Positions 63,645-64,000 of a DNA stretch of 64,000 nucleotides are shown here, piece by piece. Under the pieces are notes generated by a model. That model ran no database searches. It was not told the origin of the DNA and saw only the letters and a program-made list of their open reading frames with translations. The stretch is from assembly GCF_009914755.1 (NCBI RefSeq), contig NC_060928.1. The stretch is one strand, 5' to 3'. Both the position numbers and the translations under genes were made by a program. Positions within the stretch are counted from its first letter, which is position 1, and every line of letters begins with the position of its first letter. The DNA comes from the human T2T-CHM13v2.0 reference genome, Homo sapiens.

Positions 63645-63880
63645 AGTAGTCAGGAGCACAGACTATGGAGTCTGCCCACCTTGGTTTGGATCCAAGTGCC
63701 TCCTTCTAGAAGCTCTGTGGCCTTGGGCAAGTAACTTCCCCTTTCTGAGCCTCAGTTTCCCATCTCTAGGAAATCTACAACATTATAGGCTTCCTGGCAG
63801 GGCTGCTCTGAAAATTATGAGTTAATATCTGTCAAGTGCTGAGAGAGTGCCTGGCTCATAACAAATACTATGTCATGTTT
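63645..63880 (+). mobile_element. MIR
   Basis: gtggccttgggcaagtaacttccccttttctgagcctcagtttcccatct..gtgcctggctcata. Confidence 0.85.
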
Positions 63881-64000
63881 CTTAAGAAACAAAAAGCAAA
63901 GAACTTATTATTTGTGGAGTTTGTTTCTCACAAAGGCACATTATGCTATCACGGAATTTGCTGCTTTCATTCAACATGTGTTTTGAGATATATTCACTAT

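Overview
This window looks like primate, most likely human, genomic DNA: it is dense in Alus and carries an SVA that resembles the young E/F type. I find no credible protein-coding exon, tRNA, rRNA or CRISPR array. The listed ORFs come mostly from Alu, SVA, LTR or L1 sequence, or are short chance frames. I could not identify the locus, so no gene symbols are given. Main contents: (1) a 3'UTR-like AT-rich stretch with + strand polyA signals (about 1.6-2.8 kb) next to a well-formed 50-nt non-coding exon on the - strand; (2) a CpG island at about 12 kb with an 18-bp E-box tandem array; (3) a three-level nested insertion, Alu > LTR12 > HERV-K LTR5, with both target-site duplications (TSDs) intact; (4) a full-length SVA with a long VNTR and a probable short 3' transduction; (5) a second solo LTR12; (6) promoter- or enhancer-like unique segments at about 21.5-22.9, 47.5-48.5 and 54.8-55.3 kb; (7) about 40 Alus plus old MIR, L2, L1M, MaLR and DNA-transposon relics. 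Repeat subfamily names are recalled from consensus sequences, not from a search, and boundaries without a quoted TSD are approximate. I see no convincing new biological system; the best leads are regulatory and retrotransposon features.
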